A stretch of DNA of 33,144 nt, taken from Sedimentibacter sp. (GTDB lineage: Bacteria > Bacillota > Clostridia > Tissierellales > Sedimentibacteraceae). This document shows, in pieces, positions 25,974-33,144 of the stretch. The notes below the pieces were generated by a model that had not been told where the DNA came from, made no database searches, and worked only from the letters and a program-made list of their open reading frames with translations. The first letter of the stretch is position 1. Each line of letters begins with the position of its first letter. Position numbers and translations under genes: made by a program. The DNA lies in the NCBI GenBank assembly GCA_029256005.1, contig JAQSYS010000001.1:1-33144 (forward strand), written 5' to 3'.

Positions 25974-26189
25974 ATGAAAAATAATTACACTCTCGAAATT
26001 TTAGAGGAAAAACATAACGAATTAAAGGTTCGAGTCGAAAATTATGAATGATTTCGACAAGTCTTTGAAGCATTAGACGATTCTAACGGCCTTATTATTT
26101 TAAAGGACGGATACAAAGTAAGCAGTGAACCCCATATTGGAAAATTCCTGTTTCAGAATATTACTAATTATCTTGCGCGAAGAAAATAG
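25974..26189 (+). pseudogene. Small gene with a single in-frame TGA (26049-26051)
   Basis: MKNNYTLEILEEKHNELKVRVENYE*FRQVFEALDDSNGLIILKDGYKVSSEPHIGKFLFQNITNYLARRK*; frame continues 45 codons past the stop. Confidence 0.55.
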
Positions 26190-26297
26190 GACAGTAAAAT
26201 TGATATTCTTATCAATCTAATTTTTATTGAATTACAGATTATTTATTTTTATGATTAATAAATATGTATATTTATTAATCATAAAAATATAAAAGCC

Positions 26298-26975
26298 ATG
26301 TTTAACATTACCGACTTAGAGGAGTCAGAAATCAACAATTTAATTAATAACAATGACCACTTCGAAAAATCACGATTTTTAGGTCACGAATCATTTCAAA
26401 TACAAAACTATTTAATTCAAATCGTCAGGAATGGAAATTCAGTTCCAAAAATCTATATTTTTCATTATTCATGCTTTAAAAAAATAGTTGAATCTGAGAT
26501 TATAAAAAAAAGGGATGAATTTGGTAAGACGTGGAATACAAATAAAATCACAGTACATTTTAACAATTTTATATACCAATTCGAAGTTGATGATACCTAC
26601 GACATTGTCAGTTATAAAATAATTCATTTTGAGCAGAAAAAGAATACAACTGAGGATATTATTTTAGAATCTTATATTCTTCAAAATGACAGAAAAGCAG
26701 GATTAGACCCAATTAGTGACTTGGTTCCGATTAAATCTGATATTGATAAAAAAGAATATTACATATTTACCAAAAAGGACGAGTATTATAGAAGTGTTTA
26801 CCATGTTTTTCCGAAAGACGAATTTGATGGAAAATTCCGTGATTCGATAAAAAGTTCCAACATCGAAGATAAAGACCTTGAGCACTTTAAATTCAGCGCT
26901 TACAATCATGAGTTTAAAGTGAATGTGAAAGACGGTAATTACCAACCGACACCAATTATCAAATCGCCATTTTAA
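26298..26975 (+). CDS. Moron: hypothetical protein (225 aa)
   Basis: Long ORF with A-rich leader, ends at a hairpin. Confidence 0.75.
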   Translation: MFNITDLEESEINNLINNNDHFEKSRFLGHESFQIQNYLIQIVRNGNSVPKIYIFHYSCFKKIVESEIIKKRDEFGKTWNTNKITVHFNNFIYQFEVDDTYDIVSYKIIHFEQKKNTTEDIILESYILQNDRKAGLDPISDLVPIKSDIDKKEYYIFTKKDEYYRSVYHVFPKDEFDGKFRDSIKSSNIEDKDLEHFKFSAYNHEFKVNVKDGNYQPTPIIKSPF

Positions 26976-27016
26976 CAATTTAGGCCATTATATTAATGGT
27001 CCACTATGAACGATAT

Positions 27017-27045
27017 AAAAAGGATAGCTTTTACCGCTATCCTTT
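27017..27045. terminator. Bidirectional intrinsic terminator
   Basis: AAAGGATAGC-N7-GCTATCCTTT between convergent genes. Confidence 0.7.
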
Positions 27046-27546
27046 CCTTTTTAAACTCCTCTTTACTTTATCTTTGATTGTCGGGTCAATTATATTGATA
27101 ACATACACATTCTTCTTTAAGCCCTCATTATAGTTTGTAATCAACGACAATTCCAAGCCGTCCTTTTTAAAGACATGTTGCAAAAATGGACTCTCTCCCT
27201 CTGTCCTAAGAAAGAGAAACCCAGCATCTTTTATTTGCTGTTTCAAAATTTGATAATCACTTATTAATGGTGTAGCAAATGTCGTCATTACATTGACGTT
27301 ATCTTTCATCACCTTGGAAAAGATAAATTCCTCGCTAGTTTCTGAATCACGCTTAAGAAATATAAAAGGTTTTAATCCTTGCAATTCCTTCATTGGCTGT
27401 AATATAAACCCCTTATCAATTAGTACATCTTCCATGTCGATTAGGTTCTCTGTGTTATACAACGACAGAATTTGTTTCAATGATAGCGTCTGACAAAAAA
27501 CTATATTTGATAACGTTAATAATAAACTTAAAATCAGATATTTCAT
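27037..27546 (-). CDS. Moron: secreted/periplasmic protein
   Basis: Signal peptide MKYLILSLLLTLSNIVFC-Q (Bacteroidota-type Gln after cleavage). Confidence 0.8.
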   Translation of the reverse strand: MKYLILSLLLTLSNIVFCQTLSLKQILSLYNTENLIDMEDVLIDKGFILQPMKELQGLKPFIFLKRDSETSEEFIFSKVMKDNVNVMTTFATPLISDYQILKQQIKDAGFLFLRTEGESPFLQHVFKKDGLELSLITNYNEGLKKNVYVINIIDPTIKDKVKRSLKRKG

Positions 27547-27578
27547 AAAACTTGGATATGTGTTTTAAAATTCCTCCG

Positions 27579-28196
27579 TTATTTAATATTTTTTTTATCG
27601 AAAAAATAGTGAGAGAATAAAAGGTAAGAGATAAAGATTGCTAGCGACCATAAACCAAAATATCCATTGAAAAATACTAACCTAAAAAAGCCCTCCTCTT
27701 TTTGTACTTCGTCAACAACTTTTGCAGGAATAGATAAGTTTTTATAATAATATATTTTGAATGTTGTACCCTCTGGTTTTCTATTTAGGACAGGCATGTA
27801 TTTAGAAAGCTGATTATCCCATTCGGAATAATTACTTCCAAATTCTGGGTCTGAACTATAATCAACAGAATACATATAATTTAAAGAATCTATATATTTA
27901 TCACCATCAATATTATATGAATATTTAATCTTTTTAGAAGCAACTAGTCCATCATCTAATAACGCATTTTCGAATTTCTCTAAATCAAATTCTCCATTGT
28001 CATTAAGGAAATTAATACTATTTGAGAAATGATAGAAGGGATTATCAATTATGGTCGCTGTTGCGACATCCTTTCTTAATATTAAATTTTGCTTTTTCCA
28101 ATCAATAAAATTATCCATCCATTCTATTGTTAATACAATAATTATTGGAATAAGGCAGTAAAAAAGATGTTTTAATTTTACGTCGGTACTTTTCAT
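27579..28196 (-). CDS. Moron: membrane protein with N- and C-terminal TM helices (DUF3592-like architecture)
   Basis: TM - ATATII...IKYSYNIDGDKY...IYY - TM. Confidence 0.75.
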   Translation of the reverse strand: MKSTDVKLKHLFYCLIPIIIVLTIEWMDNFIDWKKQNLILRKDVATATIIDNPFYHFSNSINFLNDNGEFDLEKFENALLDDGLVASKKIKYSYNIDGDKYIDSLNYMYSVDYSSDPEFGSNYSEWDNQLSKYMPVLNRKPEGTTFKIYYYKNLSIPAKVVDEVQKEEGFFRLVFFNGYFGLWSLAIFISYLLFSHYFFDKKNIK

Positions 28197-28222
28197 AAAA
28201 CTTTATAGGAAACCAAATTTAT

Positions 28223-28252
28223 AAAAAAAGGATATCAATTTATTGATATCCT
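28223..28252 (-). terminator. Intrinsic terminator ending the antirepressor-sigma operon
   Basis: AGGATATCAA-TAAA-TTGATATCCT followed by a T run on the minus strand. Confidence 0.75.
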
Positions 28253-28264
28253 CAATATTTCTTA

Positions 28265-28657
28265 TTATTTCTTCCCCTTTCGAGTTCTCGTTACTTTCTT
28301 CGGCTCTGGCACCTCTTCCACAAATGTGGCATTAGCTAATTCCTCTTCTGTGGCATTCTCGATTATTTCGAACATGCCCCCTACCATTTCAATTTGGTTC
28401 AATTGTTTCTCCTGCTTATTAAGTCGGTCGAAAACAGGTAATAAGTCACCTAAGAAATTCCTAATACAACCACTGCACGAATCAATTTTCAATGGGTATT
28501 TCACACTTGGATAAGCTTCTTTTAGCTTACCTAATATCACGTTTAATTGCTGTTGAGTGGTAATATTAACCATTAAATCACCACCATTTTTGAAAGTCGT
28601 TAAAACTCCTTCAATCTTCTTTATTTCATTTAAAACTTCTCTTTCTTGTATTGTCAT
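28265..28657 (-). CDS. Phage protein with CxxC motif
   Basis: DSCSGCIRN; basic C-terminus; 3 nt after the sigma-like gene. Confidence 0.75.
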   Translation of the reverse strand: MTIQEREVLNEIKKIEGVLTTFKNGGDLMVNITTQQQLNVILGKLKEAYPSVKYPLKIDSCSGCIRNFLGDLLPVFDRLNKQEKQLNQIEMVGGMFEIIENATEEELANATFVEEVPEPKKVTRTRKGKK

Positions 28658-28660
28658 ATT

Positions 28661-29347
28661 CTATTTATTTAAATCGCTTTTTATGCGGTTACATATACCG
28701 CTAATCTCATTATATATATTAGCATAATGCTCCTTATCGGCGTTCGTATAACGGCCTTTTTGTCCTGTACCTCTCTTATTGATATATGAGTAGAAAAGGT
28801 CTTTTTCTTCCGCCGTCATTAATGAAAGGAATTTATCACAAGTTATCCCATACTTATTTTCAAAGGGATTAATCTCAATATCTCCAATAACATATTCCCC
28901 TTCTATATCTAGAAATTCATTATGATTAACACGCTGTATTTCCCTATCTAAAGACGTTGAGAATAGTTTGTTTTTCTCATAGTAACTTTTTGCTTTTGGA
29001 TATTTTTCGTTCACGTCCCGAAACAAATGCCTTTGTGCAATTAGGCAAATGGTAGCCGTTAACTTTTTGGGATTTTCTAACAACTCCTCCCATTTTTCAA
29101 GCTTTATTAAATGAATCTCTTTAAAAAGCTCGTTGTAATAATCATTCATTTCTTGTTCTATAGCCTTGTCTTTGACCCCCTTCATCTTTAGCCAACCTGC
29201 AATGTATGCTCTAATCGGGTTATCTTTGCATCTCGATTCTTTACCCATATATAACCCTTTATAACGGCCTGTGTGGTATAATTCGGTTATTGCTTCTTCT
29301 TTTCTCTTTTGTAAATTTTTATCAAATTCTTCTCTATTTAAATTCAA
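28661..29347 (-). CDS. Putative phage sigma-70/ECF-like late transcription factor (TTG start)
   Basis: Region-2-like AITELY...IRAYI...EMNDYYNELFKEI...LTATICLIAQRHLF; region-4-like FLSLMTAEEKDLFY...IYNEISGICNRIKSDL; position between early genes and terminase. Confidence 0.55.
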   Translation of the reverse strand: MNLNREEFDKNLQKRKEEAITELYHTGRYKGLYMGKESRCKDNPIRAYIAGWLKMKGVKDKAIEQEMNDYYNELFKEIHLIKLEKWEELLENPKKLTATICLIAQRHLFRDVNEKYPKAKSYYEKNKLFSTSLDREIQRVNHNEFLDIEGEYVIGDIEINPFENKYGITCDKFLSLMTAEEKDLFYSYINKRGTGQKGRYTNADKEHYANIYNEISGICNRIKSDLNK

Positions 29348-29353
29348 CTTTTA

Positions 29354-29477
29354 TTATTTTATCCGAATTGGAAGGACATTTTTAATCCTTTCCATAATAT
29401 CAGCCACGTATTGGAATGGATGTTATCATGTTCACAACCATTCCAATTACAATGCTATATCCTATTATATCCCACAT
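29354..29477 (-). pseudogene. Possible remnant of a small membrane protein gene
   Basis: MWDIIGYSIVIGMVVNMITSIPIRG* starts 3 nt after the ant stop; a second frame FQYVADIMERIKNVLPIRIK* ends just before the sigma start. Confidence 0.35.
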
Positions 29478-29480
29478 ATA

Positions 29481-30317
29481 TTAACCTTTATATTTCCTCA
29501 CGAATTTGTTAACAAAGTACTCTTGTCCATGTGGTGTTACCATACATGTAGCGTTGATTCTTGTCGCTTTTTTATAAGTATCATTGTATGTTGAGTATTT
29601 TATTTTAAAAATTCCTCTATCAATATAATTCTGAGCAGGTAGATTATATTGCTCTCCACGACTCAATAAATAGCCGTTATCACGAAGAATTGCGAATAGT
29701 TTATTTTGACCGATACTTTGCTTGGTAGCTTGGCTTATAATTTTGGCTAATTGTCCAATTTGAACGTCCGTATCAGCACTTACAATTGCTTCTGCAAATA
29801 CTACTTTTGGTGTCTGGTCCGTGATTGTATTTTGGAGCTTTTTATTTATCAATTGGGATTGATATACTTGTTTTTCTTTTTCCTCAATCTCTTTACTTTG
29901 CTCAGTTAATAAAAGCTTTTGTTGCTCGATTTGTTCAGCCTGTTGGCTTGCTAATAATAATGCTCCTGATAGTGTAGTAGGAATTTGGAATTGATTAGAT
30001 GCTTTCGCTTTTTCGTAGTCAATAAAGTATTGTCTAATCTTCATTCCTTGCTCTGTACGTTGTAACATTGCAATATGCTTTGCCATGTCCAATGTAATCG
30101 CATAATCTAAAGAAGGTCTCCCCCCTGTACTTTCCCCCTGAAAAGGGGTAAAGTCTACATCTTGATTAAATCCATACGTAGCCATTTTTTTAAACCACGT
30201 CGAGAAATCTCTCTTTAATTCTAATGTGTTGTATAACTCTTTTGCACTTACAACTTCATTTCCTTTTTCGTTTTTAGTTATTTTAACTAATCCATTTTCA
30301 TTTTTTAAACTGTTCAT
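29481..30317 (-). CDS. Phage antirepressor (AntA/AntB N-domain + KilAC/ANT C-domain)
   Basis: VSAKELY...FSTW...[20 protein letters not shown]...RQYFI; PKVVFAEAI...IGQLAK...IGQNKLF..LR..GYL...VTPHGQEYF. Confidence 0.93.
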   Translation of the reverse strand: MNSLKNENGLVKITKNEKGNEVVSAKELYNTLELKRDFSTWFKKMATYGFNQDVDFTPFQGESTGGRPSLDYAITLDMAKHIAMLQRTEQGMKIRQYFIDYEKAKASNQFQIPTTLSGALLLASQQAEQIEQQKLLLTEQSKEIEEKEKQVYQSQLINKKLQNTITDQTPKVVFAEAIVSADTDVQIGQLAKIISQATKQSIGQNKLFAILRDNGYLLSRGEQYNLPAQNYIDRGIFKIKYSTYNDTYKKATRINATCMVTPHGQEYFVNKFVRKYKG

Positions 30318-30519
30318 TACTTATTTAATTACTCTTTTGCGCTCCGTCCGAGGTAGCGACTTTATTGCAATCAGTCTTTGATTGCTTCCTTTATTAATAA
30401 ATAGGGGCGTACTTAAAAAAAGACCATTTTGATTTCAACTTTTTTTGATATTTTTCACAACTCATTGACAATCAGATAAATTAATTTTAAAGAATTGCAA
30501 AAGACAAAAAAAATCCTTT

Positions 30520-31410
30520 CTACTCACCTATAAACTCCTCAATCTTGTTTGATAACATTTCGATAACTTCCATTTTCATATCCTCATCATCCAATGATTG
30601 GAAATATTTGCTATAAACAGCTACGAAAATGTCGTCAAACTCCTTTATTCCTTCGTTTATCAAATTGGTGATTTCAGCAGTATAAATGTCATTTGGTTCA
30701 AACACTTTTACAACTTCAATTTCTCCTTCCACAACATCGCTATCATCTTGAATGTATTCCTCAATGGTAGCTGTCGAAAGTTCTTCTTTTTTACTTTCCT
30801 CTATTACAATAGATTGAGATTGAATAAGTGATTTGATTTGCTCTTTTAATTCTTTATTCTCTTCTATTAACTTATTTATAAGCTCCTCATATTTAACCAC
30901 GTCTAAAGGCTTAACATCTTTAACAGCAAGGGCTTTAGGTCTTTTGGTTGATAACGGTAAAATCAAATAATTTAAATCTTGGAAGTGTCGCGCAAAGGTG
31001 TAGACACTAACATCTAAATGAATTAGTTCATTTGATTTATTTTTCAGCTCCCAACCTTTAATAACCCTGTATGTGCGTGCTTTTTTACTGTCTGTCCCAT
31101 ATTCTCCAATAACCTCAATTAATTGATTCTCCATGAGGAATTTAGTTAATTTCTCTAATTCATTTTTGGTTGTGAATACTTGTTTATGCGCTCTCACATG
31201 TAATTGATAACTATTTGAATAGTAGGAGTTTTGACCTATAACTTTATCCCCTCTGTTGATTAACCATATTAAAAAGTATAGTTTTGTCTTGAAAAGTGGT
31301 GTATAATTTACCGCTTGTTGATTGATTTTTTCGATTACCGTCATTGGTAATGAGATAGTGACGATGTTTTTATCGTCAGTGGCAATTATGCCATTCACGT
31401 CTATTTCCAT
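30520..31410 (-). CDS. Hypothetical wHTH + coiled-coil protein, possible replication initiator
   Basis: LTKFLMENQLIEVIGEY...KARTYRV wing-like motif; adjacent to the repeat/AT-rich region. Confidence 0.5.
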   Translation of the reverse strand: MEIDVNGIIATDDKNIVTISLPMTVIEKINQQAVNYTPLFKTKLYFLIWLINRGDKVIGQNSYYSNSYQLHVRAHKQVFTTKNELEKLTKFLMENQLIEVIGEYGTDSKKARTYRVIKGWELKNKSNELIHLDVSVYTFARHFQDLNYLILPLSTKRPKALAVKDVKPLDVVKYEELINKLIEENKELKEQIKSLIQSQSIVIEESKKEELSTATIEEYIQDDSDVVEGEIEVVKVFEPNDIYTAEITNLINEGIKEFDDIFVAVYSKYFQSLDDEDMKMEVIEMLSNKIEEFIGE

Positions 31411-31718
31411 TTTTTTAGTTTTTAAAATTTAATTTTTTTAGCTGTGTCCAATTTTAATTTTTTTAGCTATGATAAAAAGCTAAAGGGTACAGTAGCTACT
31501 CTGTACCCATCTTAAATCTAAAATTTGGAGGTATCTTTTATTATAAATAGTGTCGCTTTTGAGAAAGTATCTTTTATTTAATAAAAAATATAGAATAATA
31601 CACTCTATATTAATATATATTATTCTTCATAAAAAATCAAGTCTAAATATTTGTATTTTTATTATTTTATTTAAATAAATTAAACCAAACATTACAACCT
31701 ACATCCTAGCACACACAA

Positions 31719-31797
31719 TGGCCTACACTATAACCTACACTATAGCCTACATTATAACCTACATTATAGCCTACATTATAACCTACACTATAGCCTA
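31719..31797. repeat. 6.5 tandem copies of 12-bp TA(A/G)CCTACA(C/T)TA, iteron-like
   Basis: TGGCCTACACTA TAACCTACACTA TAGCCTACATTA TAACCTACATTA TAGCCTACATTA TAACCTACACTA TAGCCTA. Confidence 0.92.
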
Positions 31798-32318
31798 TCA
31801 TCTAATGGTAATGGTTATTATTATGGAAATGATTTTAAAATGAATTTGATTATGGTTTTGATTGTGGTTTTAATCCCATAGGGAGTTGAAGGAATAAGAA
31901 ATAATATAATTTTTATAAATTTTAAATTCCTCTATGCAATAGATAAGACGAATGTCTTTATTACTACATAAGACTCTATATTTTCAATTATTTTATAAAA
32001 GTTGTAGGTGCCCAAATGACACGAAAGTGTCTTAAATCCCTTACTATATAGCTAATATTGAATATATAATTTAATCTAACTTTATTCAATCCTGGAAGGA
32101 ATATTTTTTTGAATTTCAATAGATTTTAATTTTTAAAAATTCTCAATATATCTTTAAGAAACCCTTCAATTCAGGTATCAGGCGGAGCCTGTAATCAGTT
32201 ATAATATTAAAGTAAACTTCCTATTCAATTTCAACTTAAACTCTCTCAAGTCGTCTTAAATAGAGCCAAATTTATATCGGAGAGGTTCCGCCGATTCGCA
32301 TTAAATTCCTCTTTTTTA

Positions 32319-32326
32319 TATCTTTG
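32319..32326 (+). promoter_or_regulatory. Bacteroidota -7 element TATCTTTG
   Basis: TAnnTTTG about 30 nt upstream of ATG 32356. Confidence 0.55.
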
Positions 32327-32355
32327 ATTAAATATTAACCAAAAAAGGGGAATTC

Positions 32356-32829
32356 ATGAAAAGAACGATATTATCAATTGCTCTATTATTGGGCATAACT
32401 TCATTTGCAAGTGCACAATTATCCGTGTCTAAGACACCAAAAATGGAAACTATTAGTAAGGTTGCACCGCTTGGAGTGTTAAGAATGGAACTAAAAAGAG
32501 GAATTACAAATGGTGATACCACTTATATGTTTATTTACCCAAACAATGCTTTTAAACAGCTTTCTAAACGAGGTGAATTTCACCTAAAAGCTTCAACGCA
32601 AGATATGTTAAACCTTGAAAAAGTTATGCTTGAAGTATTGGATAACAAAGAAAGCAAAGAACATGTAACTGTAACGCTCGGTGAAAAGGAGTATTATTTT
32701 AGTCGTGAAACTATTATGGGATTTCCATCATTGATGATAGCACAAAATCCTGATTACGATTATACATACATTTCAGAAAAGGAAATCAAAAAAATATTTT
32801 CACCTTTTCATGAGGGTAAAAAGAAGTAA
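32356..32829 (+). CDS. Secreted protein
   Basis: Signal peptide MKRTILSIALLLGITSFASA-Q. Confidence 0.85.
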   Translation: MKRTILSIALLLGITSFASAQLSVSKTPKMETISKVAPLGVLRMELKRGITNGDTTYMFIYPNNAFKQLSKRGEFHLKASTQDMLNLEKVMLEVLDNKESKEHVTVTLGEKEYYFSRETIMGFPSLMIAQNPDYDYTYISEKEIKKIFSPFHEGKKK

Positions 32830-32837
32830 TAAAAACG

Positions 32838-33041
32838 ATGAAAGACATTAACGAAATTAAAATAAGAGAGGTTAGATTAAGAGAATTGTTCGAAAAGCAT
32901 AAGGTAGAAGGATTGAAATCCATACAAATTCAAGAATTATATAAGTTATGTACGGCTAATGATGGCATTACAGATGAAAAATTTCTTGAATTCGTCGAAC
33001 GACTTAGGGGCAATTTCTACAACGAAAATGATTTGTTTTAA
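32838..33041 (+). CDS. Small hypothetical protein (67 aa)
   Basis: ATG 8 nt after the previous stop, A-rich leader. Confidence 0.65.
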   Translation: MKDINEIKIREVRLRELFEKHKVEGLKSIQIQELYKLCTANDGITDEKFLEFVERLRGNFYNENDLF

Positions 33042-33144
33042 TAAAGTGTAATAGCCACTACTTGATCTGACAGTTGGGTGTTCTTAAAAATTGTCAGATT
33101 GCCAATTCGAATATAGTGATGTTTCTTCAAAATCTAAAGATTTG

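Larger units (their letters stand above)
1712..31800 (-). mobile_element. Prophage (siphovirus-like, Bacteroidota host); boundaries not visible in window
   Basis: Co-oriented terminase, portal, capsid, protease, tape measure, tail, endolysin, holin and antirepressor genes; no sheath gene; no integrase or att site seen. Confidence 0.93.

Noticed and set aside
26049-26051. Stop-codon reassignment or selenocysteine
   Set aside because: Only one instance; long genes are uninterrupted under the standard code, TGA ends the tape measure gene, and no SECIS-like context is evident
1833-30831. Many 60-113-aa ORFs antisense or nested in phage genes (e.g. 1833, 2896, 5938, 10461, 12662, 20764, 23256, 29271, 30598)
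   Set aside because: They overlap well-supported genes, have shadow-like composition and lack plausible start contexts
31719-31797. CRISPR array
   Set aside because: 12-bp units are directly adjacent with no unique spacers, and no cas genes are present

Overview
AT-rich window from a Bacteroidota-type genome (TAnnTTTG/TTTG host promoters, A-rich SD-less start regions). It is almost entirely a temperate siphovirus-like prophage. No integrase or att site is visible, so the element probably extends beyond the window. Phage genes run on the minus strand from right to left. First come a putative origin with 12-bp repeats, a wHTH protein, an AntA/KilAC antirepressor, a sigma-70/ECF-like protein and a CxxC protein. 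The late region follows: TerS, TerL, tail chaperone with a -1 frameshift extension, neck, Dit-like protein, a ~1257-aa PhoD-containing appendage protein, hub, tape measure, XkdF-like protease, scaffold, major capsid, tail tube, portal with C-terminal extension, adaptor, tail completion protein, M15 endolysin and holin. Several morons (membrane/secreted proteins, an XRE-controlled lipoprotein module, genes with SOS-box-like palindromes) are interspersed. The strongest unexplained signal is an exact 11-mer, CCAATATTTAT (minus strand), found 9 times directly upstream of late genes, often just after an intrinsic terminator and with no shared -35 element. Together with the sigma-like gene it suggests a phage-encoded late transcription system using a single-element promoter. 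Other notable items: a PhoD + permuted LamG + (alpha/alpha)6 fusion protein in the tail module, two tandem sRNA-like units sharing an AAAC-N17-TGTTAT promoter and a CTCCCCA loop, and a uORF chain in front of terS. Functional calls rest on motif recognition by eye; no database searches were run.
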